From NCBI GenBank assembly GCA_964016885.1, contig OZ024761.1, positions 27,094,001 through 27,158,000 on the forward strand: a stretch of DNA of 64,000 nt, given 5' to 3'. Positions 25,002-40,863 of this stretch are shown piece after piece. This stretch comes from Eledone cirrhosa (lineage: Eukaryota). Below the pieces are notes generated by a model, which saw only the letters and a program-made list of their open reading frames with translations, was not told the DNA's origin and made no database searches. The stretch's first letter is position 1. Each line of letters starts with the position of its first letter. A program made the translations under genes and the position numbers.

Positions 25002-26598
25002 GTGTATATTAGTGAATATAATAGTATGTATATAAATATGCGTGTAATTAAATGTATATTATTCATATACAGGTATTCCGATGTATTTGCGTGTGTTATG
25101 GTCCTAGAGTACCCGAGTATATTGAAAAACCGCGAACATTGGAGGTGGTCCATAAAAGTGCCTATAAACCTCAAAATATAACGTAAACTATAATAAACAA
25201 TAGAGGGATCGCCTTTTGCGAAGGGGCGTCCAATAGACCGGCAAATACGATATATTGTGATTAGTAATTTAGCGTTAAAACAATATATATTGTCATGAAA
25301 TATATAAATAGTTTTGACTGCTCTTTCTAGCATACTCTAGAAAAAACCGGAAGTGGAGAAAATTGAAAAACTTCTTCTTTTTCTTCCTCTAACTTTTCAA
25401 ACAAAAGAAAATTTTATGTAAACAAAAACGAAATTTTTGCCACGAACGATAACTCGTCTCTGACTTAAATCCAAATTTTGGATAAAAAAAGCGTGTATGA
25501 AGTTTTCATATACACACTTGTTATTACTAGCTAGTCCTTATTTTATTTTGTTTTGGGGTCTTTGACTCCTATTTCTAGCATGACAGACCTTTTCCTGTTG
25601 TTCACTATGCATGTATGCATAAATACATGGATGTATGTACATATATATGTATATATGTATAAACTTTAATATATTCTTACAATAAATATTTGCTCTAGGG
25701 TATTTTATATATATATATATATATTATATACATAAAATCTTTATCGAGCTGTCTTCGGATTTTAGTTTTCACATTTATTATTACTATTTATATATATATA
25801 AATATATATATGTATGCGTTTATATATGTATATGATTATATATACATTTATATAGATTTAAATGTATGGAAAAGTATGGTTATATAGATACCTGTATATA
25901 TATATATATTATAATATATATATATTTATATATATTTCTTTATATATATATGTGTGCATATATAAACACACACACACAAACACACACACATATATATATA
26001 TATATTTCTTTATACACTAGCAATATATTGAGTACATTTTATTTACTGTGGTTCCCATGGACAGGGTGAGTCACAGCTAATTGCATCTACTACCCCGAGT
26101 AGAAGATTTAACTGCTGTGTCTAGCAGGTTTGGAATCTAATATTTTCCAAACAATTTTCCTTTAGAACCTCCACTATGAACTTGATTTCAAATTACCGGG
26201 CAGTCGGTTGATAATGGTAAACTGAAATATCTACACCGGTAACTTAATTAGTGTTACACCGCTATTGTTCAAACATAATCTATTTGGCATTCCTTAACGA
26301 AAGGTAGTTTGTTGTGTCGTCTTCAATAGAGTATGTATACATACACGTATTCCTAAACAGTTTGACATTTATTCATAAGAAGTAATGGTTTTATTTAGAC
26401 CTCGTCTCTTTTAGAATATATATACTCACAACACATCCATAAATTAATGAATTTCTCTATAATATGATATTAACGTTTTTATTTTTTACGAAAAAGCGTA
26501 TTGTATATGCAGTTATACATGCATTAAATTTAATATAAACACTCCGTTTGGGGCACAAATATTAATTATATTATTTTACATACACATCCATTATACAA

Positions 26599-26646
<48 letters not shown>

Positions 26647-28441
26647 TTGTATCTTTGTGTAACTAGAATTACAGGTGATTCGCCCCACCTCCAAGTAATT
26701 GATACGGTGACAAGACGGTTTCAGTTGGGTTTTATTCCAGAATTAAAGCAACTGTAAATTGTAAATAAAATTATGAACGAAAACACTGTTGCAGCATACA
26801 TATAAACTTTATTGGCATATTAGAATTGTTTCAATATCGATATCTTTGGGTAGAATCATATATAGAAACAGAGATAGATTGATAGTGTGTGTGTTATTTT
26901 TCACCTGAAATCAATATGCAAGCTGGCCCTTGTGTCTTCATTTTAAAGCGACATATTTCTACCTCCCGGTGATTTGAACTCAGTTTCAAGTTAGTCGATG
27001 GTATAATGAAGCAGAGAGACTATAAAAACGCTACACCGGTGGCATATTTAGTTTTACACCGGTACGACGTGCATGAAAGAGGTAATGTTTTATTTGTCTT
27101 CTGTGTTACAGGATAACACTAGTTTAATTTTTTTAATTTATCCTACATGTTTGTAATATATATTCTCAACATAGCTATGATTTTATCTCAATTAGTAATT
27201 TCAACTCTTCGGAGGTTACTGCTCACATTTCATCTCTTCCACTAAGACACTCTCCACAGATTTTCCTCTCCTCGTATCATCACCTAATGTTGTGTGAATC
27301 GCCACAAAGCCAAAGTTTCTCATTTCTAGCCCTTCTTGTCCAGAATGTCAGCTCCATGGAACTCCCTGTTTACTTCTTTCTGTAACAACAAGGTTTACAA
27401 TACTTGAAGTACATTGAATTTGGTTTCGGTGTTTCTATAATAAAAACAAACCCACCCCAAGCGTGTGTGTATAATAAACGCAAGGTTTGACCGAACAAGA
27501 ATATAAAAATTATTCCTTCTGACATTTACATCTTTTACATGGTATTATATTTTCATCATTACAGTATCGAGAAAATGAAGTATCAGTAAAGAACTGGGAT
27601 TATTGATGGAATTATACTAAAAGTAAAAAGAATTATATTAAGGGGTTTATGTACATTAAACAATAAAATGACTACTACACTTAACGACACTTTGATATTA
27701 ATAGACATATTAGTCTTCATAGTAACTTAAGAGGTTACTAGCTAGTTCATTTATGTGTGTTTGTTTTATCTGTAAAGAGAGTTTGAAATGGTATTGAAAT
27801 GGTGTTGAATTGAAGCATGTTTATTTATATGCTGATAGTCATACCACGAGGGAGAGAAAAATAAAGCTTTAAATGGTATGACTACGTGTTCAAATTAAGC
27901 AAGTTTCTCATAGTATGAGGATAAAAAAAAATTAACGTTATAATAAGTTGATTCGAAAGCCAACCACTGCATTCCCTAGTTATATGTCTTACCACTAGAC
28001 TATAAGGACCTAGACAATTTTTGTGTGAATCTATATCTATATAAACTTATTTTCAGTCTAACAATAAAATAGCTTTAAATGTGTTAATTTTCACTACATA
28101 TTTGTTGATCTGTAGGTGGGCGTGTGGGTAGTAGTGGTTTATCTATGCATGCTTTATGTATGTATAGATTGGGGGTAGTGTTTCAATCTTCTTTATCTAA
28201 AATTAAAAGTATTTATATTTTTTTTAAATTAAAAGAACGCTCTCTATCTTCTGGGCTACCCGGGGCCACTATTATCTCGAAGCCACCTTTTTAGTTCCCC
28301 CTACGCTCGAACCTTCACTACCTAGCTACACAACCATTACCTACGATACAACATCACTTTACCACACGTCTACCAAGCTGCCGTAATTCTACTGTGCAAA
28401 TTTGATATATTTAAATCTAATTTAGCATTTCTTCATTGAAG
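21333..28441. repeat. Array unit 4
   Basis: Colinear with unit 1. Confidence 0.95.
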
Positions 28442-31400
28442 AACCATTTAGGGTTTACGGCATAAGTGAAAAAAAAAATATTTACTATTTCATTAGCTCT
28501 GGCAGGTATCGAAAACCTCATATATAGATTCATTTTAATTTCACCTACGTCAGAATCACGCATACATATTATTAATTTAAAAAAAAAAAAAAATCATTTT
28601 CAGCGACAAAATACATACATCGATAGGGTTTCAAATCTGAGAAATACCTCCACTCGAGATATGTGTGTGTGTGTTTGTGTATATTTTTATTATTATTCTG
28701 AACTGTAGTTTTAATTAAAAAAATATATATTATACTATTTCCTGTGTCCTCGCAGATATTGCAACTACATCTCTCTAGATTCATTTAAATACATTGCATT
28801 TGACTTACGTGAAATTAAGTATCATATAATTACTTTTTCAAATTTTGTTTTCAAGTATCAAAATAAAAATACATTAGTAAGGTTTTCCACCTCATAAATG
28901 TGTGGTGGTTATAGACACTTAACTATTGTTATAGGGCTGTCGTATTTACAACTATGTGGGCATGTAATCCTTCCATCCTGCTGGTCTAAAAACAGCCAAT
29001 TTATTTTTCCAGAGAGATACATTTATTATGACTTTAAACGCTAATTTTGCACTTCACTTATGATTCCTTTTTCTTCTCTTTAGATTGAATAAACAAAACC
29101 CTTTTCCGTCTACAATTATATTCAACGTAGCTCATAGTCTTCACAGTAAAGATTTTGCTACATCTCATTCAAGCTGGGATGATAGTAACCACAAAGTAAA
29201 GTGTTTAGCTCAACATTTATTCCGTAGTAAGTGTCATAAGAAAGGTTTGTAGGTCTAAAAACCTAACAAGTAGATTTCAAATTTATTGCTAATTAAACAA
29301 AAGTTTAAAATAATCCATACTAAAGCCACAACCATTTATTATCTACGTCTCACCCGAAGAAAAAAAACGATCAAATTATTACGAGGAGTGTAGACAGATG
29401 GATAAAGCTAATAAACAATTAATTTATACATATGCATGTACGTATTGTGTTTAAATATACTCCAACACAGACGGTGCCTACGAAAAACATAACATTACCG
29501 CCTATGAACAAATTTTGGCGTAATACTTACTAAATCTATTTTACCATTTGCTTAATGAACAAGCACATACATTGTTTGATATAATGAAAAAAAAATATAT
29601 ATATATATACATATTACTATTTCATAAGCTCTGGCAGGTATCGAAAACCTCATATATAGATTTATTTTAATTTCACTTACGTCGAAAACATATACATAAT
29701 TATTTTTTTATAATTTATCGATTGGGTTTCCAATCTCAGAAATATCTCCACTAGAGATGTGTGTGTTTCTCTTTATTATTCCTTTGAAATGATTTTTAGT
29801 CCTGGTAGATGTTGAAATCCCATCAATAGATTCATTTAAATATATTTTATTTGACTTACGTGAATTTAAAAAATGATATAATTATCTTTAAAATTTTCCT
29901 TTCCAGTACAAAAATAAAAATACATTAGTATGTATTTCAGTCACACAAATGCGTTGGTTTCATAGACACTTAACTATTGTTGCAGGGATGCCGTAATTAG
30001 CGTCATGTGGGCATTTATACTACCCGGCTGAGACAATCCCAGCCTCCTAGTATACAAATAGCCGATTAATTTTGCGAGAGAGAAAGAGATACTTTTATTA
30101 TGTCTTTAAACGTTACTTTTGCGATTGAACTTTTCCTTTTTCCTCCCTTTAGACTGAATAAACCCAAACATTTTACGGCTACAATTCTATTCAACATTAC
30201 GATATCTGCTTCAATCTGTTATTGGTGTGGTGGAGGAGTAGAACAAAATAAAATGTCGAGTTAATTATTTACTCCGTAAAAAGTGTCAAACGGTGGCACA
30301 CTGGTATAAGATTTGGTGGTATAAACAAACTAACAAATAGATTTCAAATTTATCGGTAGCTAAACAAAACTTTAAAATAAGCAATAATGAAGACAATTCA
30401 GACCAAATCTCACTTCCATATTAGCCTTTCAATTCAGTAGACCCTAATTACTTTATTAATAATCACAAAACAAGGCCACTTATTGACACGAGTCCAGACA
30501 AAATATTCATTTAACAAGAATTACTACAACGATAGTGCAAGAAAATCGTTGTTTCTAAATCAGAGAACGTTTCTATAACAAACACAAGCGTATTAAAAGT
30601 AACAAGAATATTCATATTGCATAGAACCAGGAAATAACTGCTATCAAATAGATGTTCTAGTGGCTAAGAACTTAATAGTTCCAGTTGTAATTGTGTTACA
30701 CATTCAGTAAGTATTTGCTAATTGAAATTATACTTTAAGGTATACTAAACTCACAAACGTTTATATATATATATATATATATATATGCCTCAGCCAAATT
30801 AAAGAACGTAAACATTATTACAAGTAGTGTAAACATGAATTAAAGAACATAAATGTGCCACCAAGAAGGCTGCCTCAAGTTATGCACTTCAAGAAGAAAT
30901 ACAACATATGCTTACGTCTACGACATAATTATGGCTGGAAAGGACATTCATTGAACATGAAGAATCTACTAGAGATAGAAGACAACAGAAACGAATATTT
31001 GTTATGATATTAAATATATTTCTTATACTGTCATGGCTTTTCTTTAAAACGTTTGAATCTCAAGGTGGAACAGATATTAAATACATTTGTTATATCATTA
31101 TACTTTATCTTTAACTTTACTTATTATTTCTAACTCTTATTAGAAAGAATACAAACTTAAAATCCTATATCTGTATAAATATGTGTGTTTGTAATAAAGT
31201 AAATAATAATATGCATGTTGACGAGTTGTAAAAACCAAGGAAGTCAATCTACAGTTCTACACTAACTCAGACGCCCCACCGCCCACAAAAATAGACATGT
31301 TTCGTCTAATAAACGAATGTCAAATAATTGTTTCGGAAATACCGATGTAACACTAAATATATTACCGGTGCAACTATGTCAATTAAGCCTTTTATAAACT

Positions 31401-32081
31401 CACTCTAGTCATTTCAAATCGTGTTGAGAGTAACGGGAATAAGAAAAAATAAACCGTTTGCCGAAGTTTCTAAATTTGTTAAAAATAATAGCGAAATCTG
31501 TGTCCAATGTATAATAAACCGGGACATTCACTGAACATGACAAATCTACTACAGATAGAAGACATCAGAAACGACCATCCTACCTGAAATATTATATGTT
31601 ATTTTAAATATATTTCTTTTACTATTATGTTTTTTTTTAAAAGCTTGAGTCTGAATAAAGTGTAGAAAACTACAATTTAACTGTTGTTATATCATTATAT
31701 TTTAGATTCAACTTAATAATAAAATCCCATATGTGTATAGATATAATGTGTGTGAAAATATAATAATAAACTAGTTATACACTAACGCAGACGACATAAG
31801 AAATGTTACCTCTAACGACCGACTGCCAAACAGACTATGGCTCAGATATACCGGTGTAAAGCTAAAAATGTTAACGGTGGAACAATTTCAGTTTACCCTT
31901 TTATAGACACACTCCAGTCATTTCAAATTGTGTTCAAAGTACCGGGAATAAAATATACAAAAAAACATTTCCCGAAGTTTCTAAATCTGTTAAAGATAAC
32001 AGCCAAATCTCTCACTCTGTCTCCGATGTGTAATAAACGGTGACACACATATATATATAGAAAGAGAGAAACAGATATGTT

Positions 32082-32130
<49 letters not shown>

Positions 32131-33711
32131 ATATTAGTGAATATAATAGTATGTATATAAATATGCGTGTAATTAAATGTATATTATTCATATACAGGTA
32201 TTCCGATGTATTTGCGTGTGTTATGGTCCTAGAGTACCCGAGTATATTGAAAAACCGCGAACATTGGAGGTGGTCCATAAAAGTGCCTATAAACCTCAAA
32301 ATATAACGTAAACAATAGAGGGATCGCCTTTTGCGAAGGGGCGTCCAATAGACCGGCAAATACGATATATTGTGATTAGTAATTTAGCGTTAAAACAATA
32401 TATATTGTCATGAAATATATAAATAGTTTTGACTGCTCTTTCTAGCATACTCTAGAAAAAACCGGAAGTGGAGAAAATTGAAAAACTTCTTCTTTTTCTT
32501 CCTCTAACTTTTCAAACAAAAGAAAATTTTATGTAAACAAAAACGAAATTTTTGCCACGAACGATAACTCGTCTCTGACTTAAATCCAAATTTTGGATAA
32601 AAAAAGCGTGTATGAAGTTTTCATATACACACTTGTTATTACTAGCTAGTCCTTATTTTATTTTGTTTTGGGGTCTTTGACTCCTATTTCTAGCATGACA
32701 GACCTTTTCCTGTTGTTCACTATGCATGTATGCATAAATACATGGATGTATGTACATATATATGTATATATGTATAAACTTTAATATATTCTTACAATAA
32801 ATATTTGCTCTAGGGTATTTTATATATATATATATATTATATACATAAAATCTTTATCGAGCTGTCTTCGGATTTTAGTTTTCACATTTATTATTACTAT
32901 TTATATATATATAAATATATATATGTATGCGTTTATATATGTATATGATTATATATACATTTATATAGATTTAAATGTATGGAAAAGTATGGTTATATAG
33001 ATACCTGTATATATATATATATTATAATATATATATATTTATATATATTTCTTTATATATATATGTGTGCATATATAAACACACACACACAAACACACAC
33101 ACATATATATATATATATTTCTTTATACACTAGCAATATATTGAGTACATTTTATTTACTGTGGTTCCCATGGACAGGGTGAGTCACAGCTAATTGCATC
33201 TACTACCCCGAGTAGAAGATTTAACTGCTGTGTCTAGCAGGTTTGGAATCTAATATTTTCCAAACAATTTTCCTTTAGAACCTCCACTATGAACTTGATT
33301 TCAAATTACCGGGCAGTCGGTTGATAATGGTAAACTGAAATATCTACACCGGTAACTTAATTAGTGTTACACCGCTATTGTTCAAACATAATCTATTTGG
33401 CATTCCTTAACGAAAGGTAGTTTGTTGTGTCGTCTTCAATAGAGTATGTATACATACACGTATTCCTAAACAGTTTGACATTTATTCATAAGAAGTAATG
33501 GTTTTATTTAGACCTCGTCTCTTTTAGAATATATATACTCACAACACATCCATAAATTAATGAATTTCTCTATAATATGATATTAACGTTTTTATTTTTT
33601 ACGAAAAAGCGTATTGTATATGCAGTTATACATGCATTAAATTTAATATAAACACTCCGTTTGGGGCACAAATATTAATTATATTATTTTACATACACAT
33701 CCATTATACAA

Positions 33712-33751
<40 letters not shown>

Positions 33752-35550
33752 TTATTTGTATCTTTGTGTAACTAGAATTACAGGTGATTCGCCCCACCTC
33801 CAAGTAATTGATACGGTGACAAGACGGTTTCAGTTGGGTTTTATTCCAGAATTAAAGCAACTGTAAATTGTAAATAAAATTATGAACGAAAACACTGTTG
33901 CAGCATACATATAAACTTTATTGGCATATTAGAATTGTTTCAATATCGATATCTTTGGGTAGAATCATATATAGAAACAGAGATAGATTGATAGTGTGTG
34001 TGTTATTTTTCACCTAAAATCAATATGCAAGCTGGCCCTTGTGTCTTCATTTTAAAGCGACATATTTCTACCTCCCGGTGATTTGAACTCAGTTTCAAGT
34101 TAGTCGATGGTATAATGAAGCAGAGAGACTATAAAAACGCTACACCGGTGGCATATTTAGTTTTACACCGGTACGACGTGCATGAAAGAGGTAATGTTTT
34201 ATTTGTCTTCTGTGTTACAGGATAACACTAGTTTAATTTTTTTAATTTATCCTACATGTTTGTAATATATATTCTCAACATAGCTATGATTTTATCTCAA
34301 TTAGTAATTTCAACTCTTCGGAGGTTACTGCTCACATTTCATCTCTTCCACTAAGACACTCTCCACAGATTTTCCTCTCCTCGTATCATCACCTAATGTT
34401 GTGTGAATCGCCACAAAGCCAAAGTTTCTCATTTCTAGCCCTTCTTGTCCAGAATGTCAGCTCCATGGAACTCCCTGTTTACTTCTTTCTGTAACAACAA
34501 GGTTTACAATACTTGAAGTACATTGAATTTGGTTTCGGTGTTTCTATAATAAAAACAAACCCACCCCAAGCGTGTGTGTATAATAAACGCAAGGTTTGAC
34601 CGAACAAGAATATAAAAATTATTCCTTCTGACATTTACATCTTTTACATGGTATTATATTTTCATCATTACAGTATCGAGAAAATGAAGTATCAGTAAAG
34701 AACTGGGATTATTGATGGAATTATACTAAAAGTAAAAAGAATTATATTAAGGGGTTTATGTACATTAAACAATAAAATGACTACTACACTTAACGACACT
34801 TTGATATTAATAGACATATTAGTCTTCATAGTAACTTAAGAGGTTACTAGCTCGTTCATTTATGTGTGTTTGTCTTATCTGTAAAGAGAGTTTGAAATGG
34901 TATTGAAATGGTGTTGAATTGAAGCATGTTTATTTATATGCTGATAGTCATACCACGAGGGAGAGAAAAATAAAGCTTTAAATGGTATGACTACGTGTTC
35001 AAATTAAGCAAGTTTCTCATAGTATGAGGATAAAAAAAAATTAACGTTATAATAAGTTGATTCGAAAGCCAACCACTGCATTCCCTAGTTCTATGTCTTA
35101 CCACTAGACTATAAGGACCTAGACAATTTTTGTGTGAATCTATATCTATATAAACTTATTTTCAGTCTAACAATAAAATAGCTTTAAATGTGTTAATTTT
35201 CACTACATATTTGTTGATCTGTAGGTGGGCGTGTGGGTAGTAGTGGTTTATCTATGCATGCTTTATGTATGTATAGATTGGGGGTAGTGTTTCAATCTTC
35301 TTTATCTAAAATTAAAAGTATTTATATTTTTTTAAAATTAAAAGAACGCTCTCTATCTTCTGGGCTACCCGGGGCCACTATTATCTCGAAGCCACCTTTT
35401 TAGTTCCCCCTACGCTCGAACCTTCACTACCTAGCTACACAACCATTACCTACGATACAACATCACTTTACCACACGTCTACCAAGCTGCCGTAATTCTA
35501 CTGTGCAAATTTGATATATTTAAATCTAATTTAGCATTTCTTCATTGAAG
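28442..35550. repeat. Array unit 5
   Basis: Colinear with unit 1. 10-bp deletion near 32310 in the promoter-like cassette. Confidence 0.95.
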
Positions 35551-38500
35551 AACCATTTAGGGTTTACGGCATAAGTGAAAAAAAAAATATTTACTATTTC
35601 ATTAGCTCTGGCAGGTATCGAAAACCTCATATATAGATTCATTTTAATTTCACCTACGTCAGAATCACGCATACATATTATTAATTTAAAAAAAAAAAAA
35701 AAATCATTTTCAGCGACAAAATACATACATCGATAGGGTTTCAAATCTGAGAAATACCTCCACTCGAGATATGTGTGTGTGTGTTTGTGTATATTTTTAT
35801 TATTATTCTGAACTGTAGTTTTAATTAAAAAAATATATATTATACTATTTCCTGTGTCCTCGCAGATATTGCAACTACATCTCTCTAGATTCATTTAAAT
35901 ACATTGCATTTGACTTACGTGAAATTAAGTATCATATAATTACTTTTTCAAATTTTGTTTTCAAGTATCAAAATAAAAATACATTAGTAAGGTTTTCCAC
36001 CTCATAAATGTGTGGTGGTTATAGACACTTAACTATTGTTATAGGGCTGTCGTATTTACAACTATGTGGGCATGTAATCCTTCCATCCTGCTGGTCTAAA
36101 AACAGCCAATTTATTTTTCCAGAGAGATACATTTATTATGACTTTAAACGCTAATTTTGCACTTCACTTTTGATTCCTTTTTCTTCTCTTTAGATTGAAT
36201 AAACAAAACCCTTTTCCGTCTACAATTATATTCAACGTAGCTCATAGTCTTCACAGTAAAGATTTTGCTACATCTCATTCAAGCTGGGATGATAGTAACC
36301 ACAAAGTAAAGTGTTTAGCTCAACATTTATTCCGTAGTAAGTGTCATAAGAAAGGTTTGTATGTCTAAAAACCTAACAAGTAGATTTCAAATTTATTGCT
36401 AATTAAACAAAACTTTAAAATAATCCATACTAAAGCCACAACCATTTATTATCTACGTCTCACCCGAAGAAAAAAAACGATCAAATTATTACGAGGAGTG
36501 TAGACAGATGGATAAAGCTAATAAACAATTAATTTATACATATGCATGTACGTATTGTGTTTAAATATACTCCAACACAGACGGTGCCTACGAAAAACAT
36601 AACATTACCGCCTATGAACAAATTTTGGCGTAATACTTACTAAATCTATTTTACCATTTGCTTAATGAACAAGCACATACATTGTTTGATATAATGAAAA
36701 AAAAAAAATATATATATACATATTACTATTTCATAAGCTCTGGCAGGTATCGAAAACCTCATATATAGATTTATTTTAATTTCACTTACGTCGAAAACAT
36801 ATACATAATTATTTTTTTATAATTTATCGATTGGGTTTCCAATCTCAGAAATATCTCCACTAGAGATGTCTGTGTTTCTCTTTATTATTCCTTTGAAATG
36901 ATTTTTAGTCCTGGTAGATGTTGAAATCCCATCAATAGATTCATTTAAATATATTTTATTTGACTTACGTGAATTTAAAAAATGATATAATTATCTTTAA
37001 AATTTTCCTTTCCAGTACAAAAATAAAAATACATTAGTATGTATTTCAGTCACACAAATGCGTTGGTTTCATAGACACTTAACTATTGTTGCAGGGATGC
37101 CGTAATTAGCGTCATGTGGGCATTTATACTACCCGGCTGAGACAATCCCAGCCTCCTAGTATACAAATAGCCGATTAATTTTGCGAGAGAGAAAGAGATA
37201 CTTTTATTGTCTTTAAACGTTACTTTTGCGATTGAACTTTTCCTTTTTCCTCCCTTTAGACTGAATAAACCCAAACATTTTACGGCTACAATTCTATTCA
37301 ACATTACGATATCTGCTTCAATCTGTTATTGGTGTGGTGGAGGAGTAGAACACAAAATAAAATGTCGAGTTAATTATTTACTCCGTAAAAAGTGTCAAAC
37401 GGTGGCACACTGGTATAAGATTTGGTGGTATAAACAAACTAACAAATAGATTTCAAATTTATCGGCAGCTAAACAAAACTTTAAAATAAGCAATAATGAA
37501 GACAATTCAGACCAAATCTCACTTCCATATTAGCCTTTCAATTCAGTAGACCCTAATTACTTTATTAATAATCACAAAACAAGGCCACTTATTGACACCA
37601 GTCCAGACAAAATATTCATTTAACAAGAATTACTACAACGATAGTGCAAGAAAATCGTTGTTTCTAAATCAGAGAACGTTTCTATAACAAACACAAGCGT
37701 ATTAAAAGTAACAGGAATATTCATATTGCATAGAACCAGGAAATAACTGCTATCAAATAGATGTTCTAGTGGCTAAGAACTTAATAGTTCCAGTTGTAAT
37801 TGTGTTACACATATTCAGTAAGTATTTGCTAATTGAAATTATACTTTAAGGTATACTAAACTCAAACGTTTATATATATATATATATATATATATGCCTC
37901 AGCCAAATTAAAGAACGTAAACATTATTACAAGTAGTGTAAACATGAATTAAAGAACATAAATGTACCACCAAGAAGGCTGCCTCAAGATATGCACTTCA
38001 AGAAGAAATACAACATATGCTTACGTCTACGACATAATAATGGAAAGGACATTCATTGAACATGAAGAATCTACTAGAGATAGAAGACAACAGAAACGAA
38101 TATTTGTTATGATATTAAATATATTTCTTATACTGTCATGGCTTTTCTTTAAAACGTTTGAATCTCAATAAGGTGGAACAGATATTAAATACATTTGTTA
38201 TATCATTATACTTTATCTTTAACTTTACTTATTATTTCTAACTCTTATTAGAAAGAATACAAACTTAATAAAATCCTATATCTGTATAAATATGTGTGTT
38301 TGTATTAAAGTAAATAATAATATGCATGTTGACGAGTTGTAAAAACCAAGGAAGTCAATCTACAGTTCTACACTAACTCAGACGCCCCCCGCCCACAAAA
38401 ATAGACATGTTTCGTCTAATAAACGAATGTCAAATAATTGTTTCGGCAATACCGATGTAACACTAAATATATTACCGGTGCAACTATGTCAATTAAGCCT

Positions 38501-39192
38501 TTTATAAACTCACTCTAGTCATTTCAAATCGTGTTGAGAGTAACGGGAATAAGAAAAAATAAACCTTTTGCCGAAGTTTCTAAATTTGTTAAAAATAATA
38601 GCGAAATCTGTGTCCAATGTATAATAAACCGGGACATTCACTGAACATGACAAATCTACTACAGATAGAAGACATCAGAAACGACCATCCTACCTGAAAT
38701 ATTATATGTTATTTTAAATATATTTCTTTTACTATTATGTTTTTTTTAAAAAAGATTGAGTCTGAATAAAGTGTAGAAAACTACAATTTAACTGTTGTTA
38801 TATCATTATATTTTAGATTCAACTTAATAATAAAATCCCATATGTGTATAGATATAATGTGTGTGAAAATATAATAATAAACTAGTTATACACTAACGCA
38901 GACGACATAAGAAATGTTACCTCTAACGACCGACTGCCAAACAGACTATGGCTCAGATATACCGGTGTAAAGCTAAAAATGTTAACGGTGGAACAATTTC
39001 AGTTTACCCTTTTATAGACACACTCCAGTCATTTCAAATTGTGTTCAAAGTACCGGGAATAAAATATACAAAAAAACATTTCCCGAAGTTTCTAAATCTG
39101 TTAAAGATAACAGCCAAATCTCTCACTCTGTCTCCGATGTGTAATAAACGGTGACACACATATATATATAGAAAGAGAGAAACAGATATGTT

Positions 39193-39241
<49 letters not shown>

Positions 39242-40832
39242 ATATTAGTGAATATAATAGTATGTATATAAATATGCGTGTAATTAAATGTATATTATTC
39301 ATATACAGGTATTCCGATGTATTTGCGTGTGTTATGGTCCTAGAGTACCCGAGTATATTGAAAAACCGCGAACATTGGAGGTGGTCCATAAAAGTGCCTA
39401 TAAACCTCAAAATATAACGTAAACTATAATAAACAATAGAGGGATCGCCTTTTGCGAAGGGGCGTCCAATAGACCGGCAAATACGATATATTGTGATTAG
39501 TAATTTAGCGTTAAAACAATATATATTGTCATGAAATATATAAATAGTTTTGACTGCTCTTTCTAGCATACTCTAGAAAAAACCGGAAGTGGAGAAAATT
39601 GAAAAACTTTTTCTTTTTCTTCCTCTAACTTTTCAAACAAAAGAAAATTTATGTAAACAAAAACGAAATTTTTGCCACGAACGATAACTCGTCTCTGACT
39701 TAAATCCAAATTTTGGATAAAAAAAGCGTGTATGAAGTTTTCATATACACACTTGTTATTACTAGCTAGTCCTTATTTTATTTGGTTTTGGGGTCTTTGA
39801 CTCCTATTTCTAGCATGACAGACCTTTTCCTGTTGTTCACTATGCATGTATGCATAAATACATGGATGTATGTACATATATATGTATATATGTATAAACT
39901 TTAATATAATCTTACAATAAATATTTGCTCTAGGGTATTTTATATATATATATATTATATACATAAAATCTTTATCGAGCTGTCTTCGGATTTTAGTTTT
40001 CACATTTATTATTACTATTTATATATATATAAATATATATATGTATGCGTTTATATATGTATATGATTATATATACATTTATATAGATTTAACTGTATGG
40101 AAAAGTATGGTTATATAGATACCTGTATATATATATATATTATAATATATATATATTTATATATATTTCTTTATATATATATGTGTGCATATATAAACAC
40201 ACACACACAAACACACACACATATATATATATATATTTCTTTATACACTAGCAATATATTGAGTACATTTTATTTACTGTGGTTCCCATGGACAGGTTGA
40301 GTCACAGCTAATTGCATCTACTACCCCGAGTAGAAGATTTAACTGCTGTGTCTAGCAGGTTTGGAATCTAATATTTTCCAAACAATTTTCCTTTACAACC
40401 TCCACTATGAACTTGATTTCAAATTACCGGGCAGTCGGTTGATAATGGTAAACTGAAATATCTACACCGGTAACTTAATTAGTGTTACACCGCTATTGTT
40501 CAAACATAATCTATTTGGCATTCCTTAACGAAAGGTAGTTTGTTGTGTCGTCTTCAATAGAGTATGTATACATACACGTATTCCTAAACAGTTTGACGTT
40601 TATTCATAAGAGGTAATGGTTTTATTTAGACCTCGTCTCTTTTAGAATATATATACTCACAACACATCCATAAATTAATGAATTTCTCTATAATATGATA
40701 TTAACGTTTTTATTTTTTACGAAAAAGCGTATTGTATATGTAGTTATACATGCATTAAATTTAATATAAACACTCCGTTTGGGGCACAAATATTAATTAT
40801 ATTATTTTACATACACATCCATTATACAAAAA

Positions 40833-40863
<31 letters not shown>
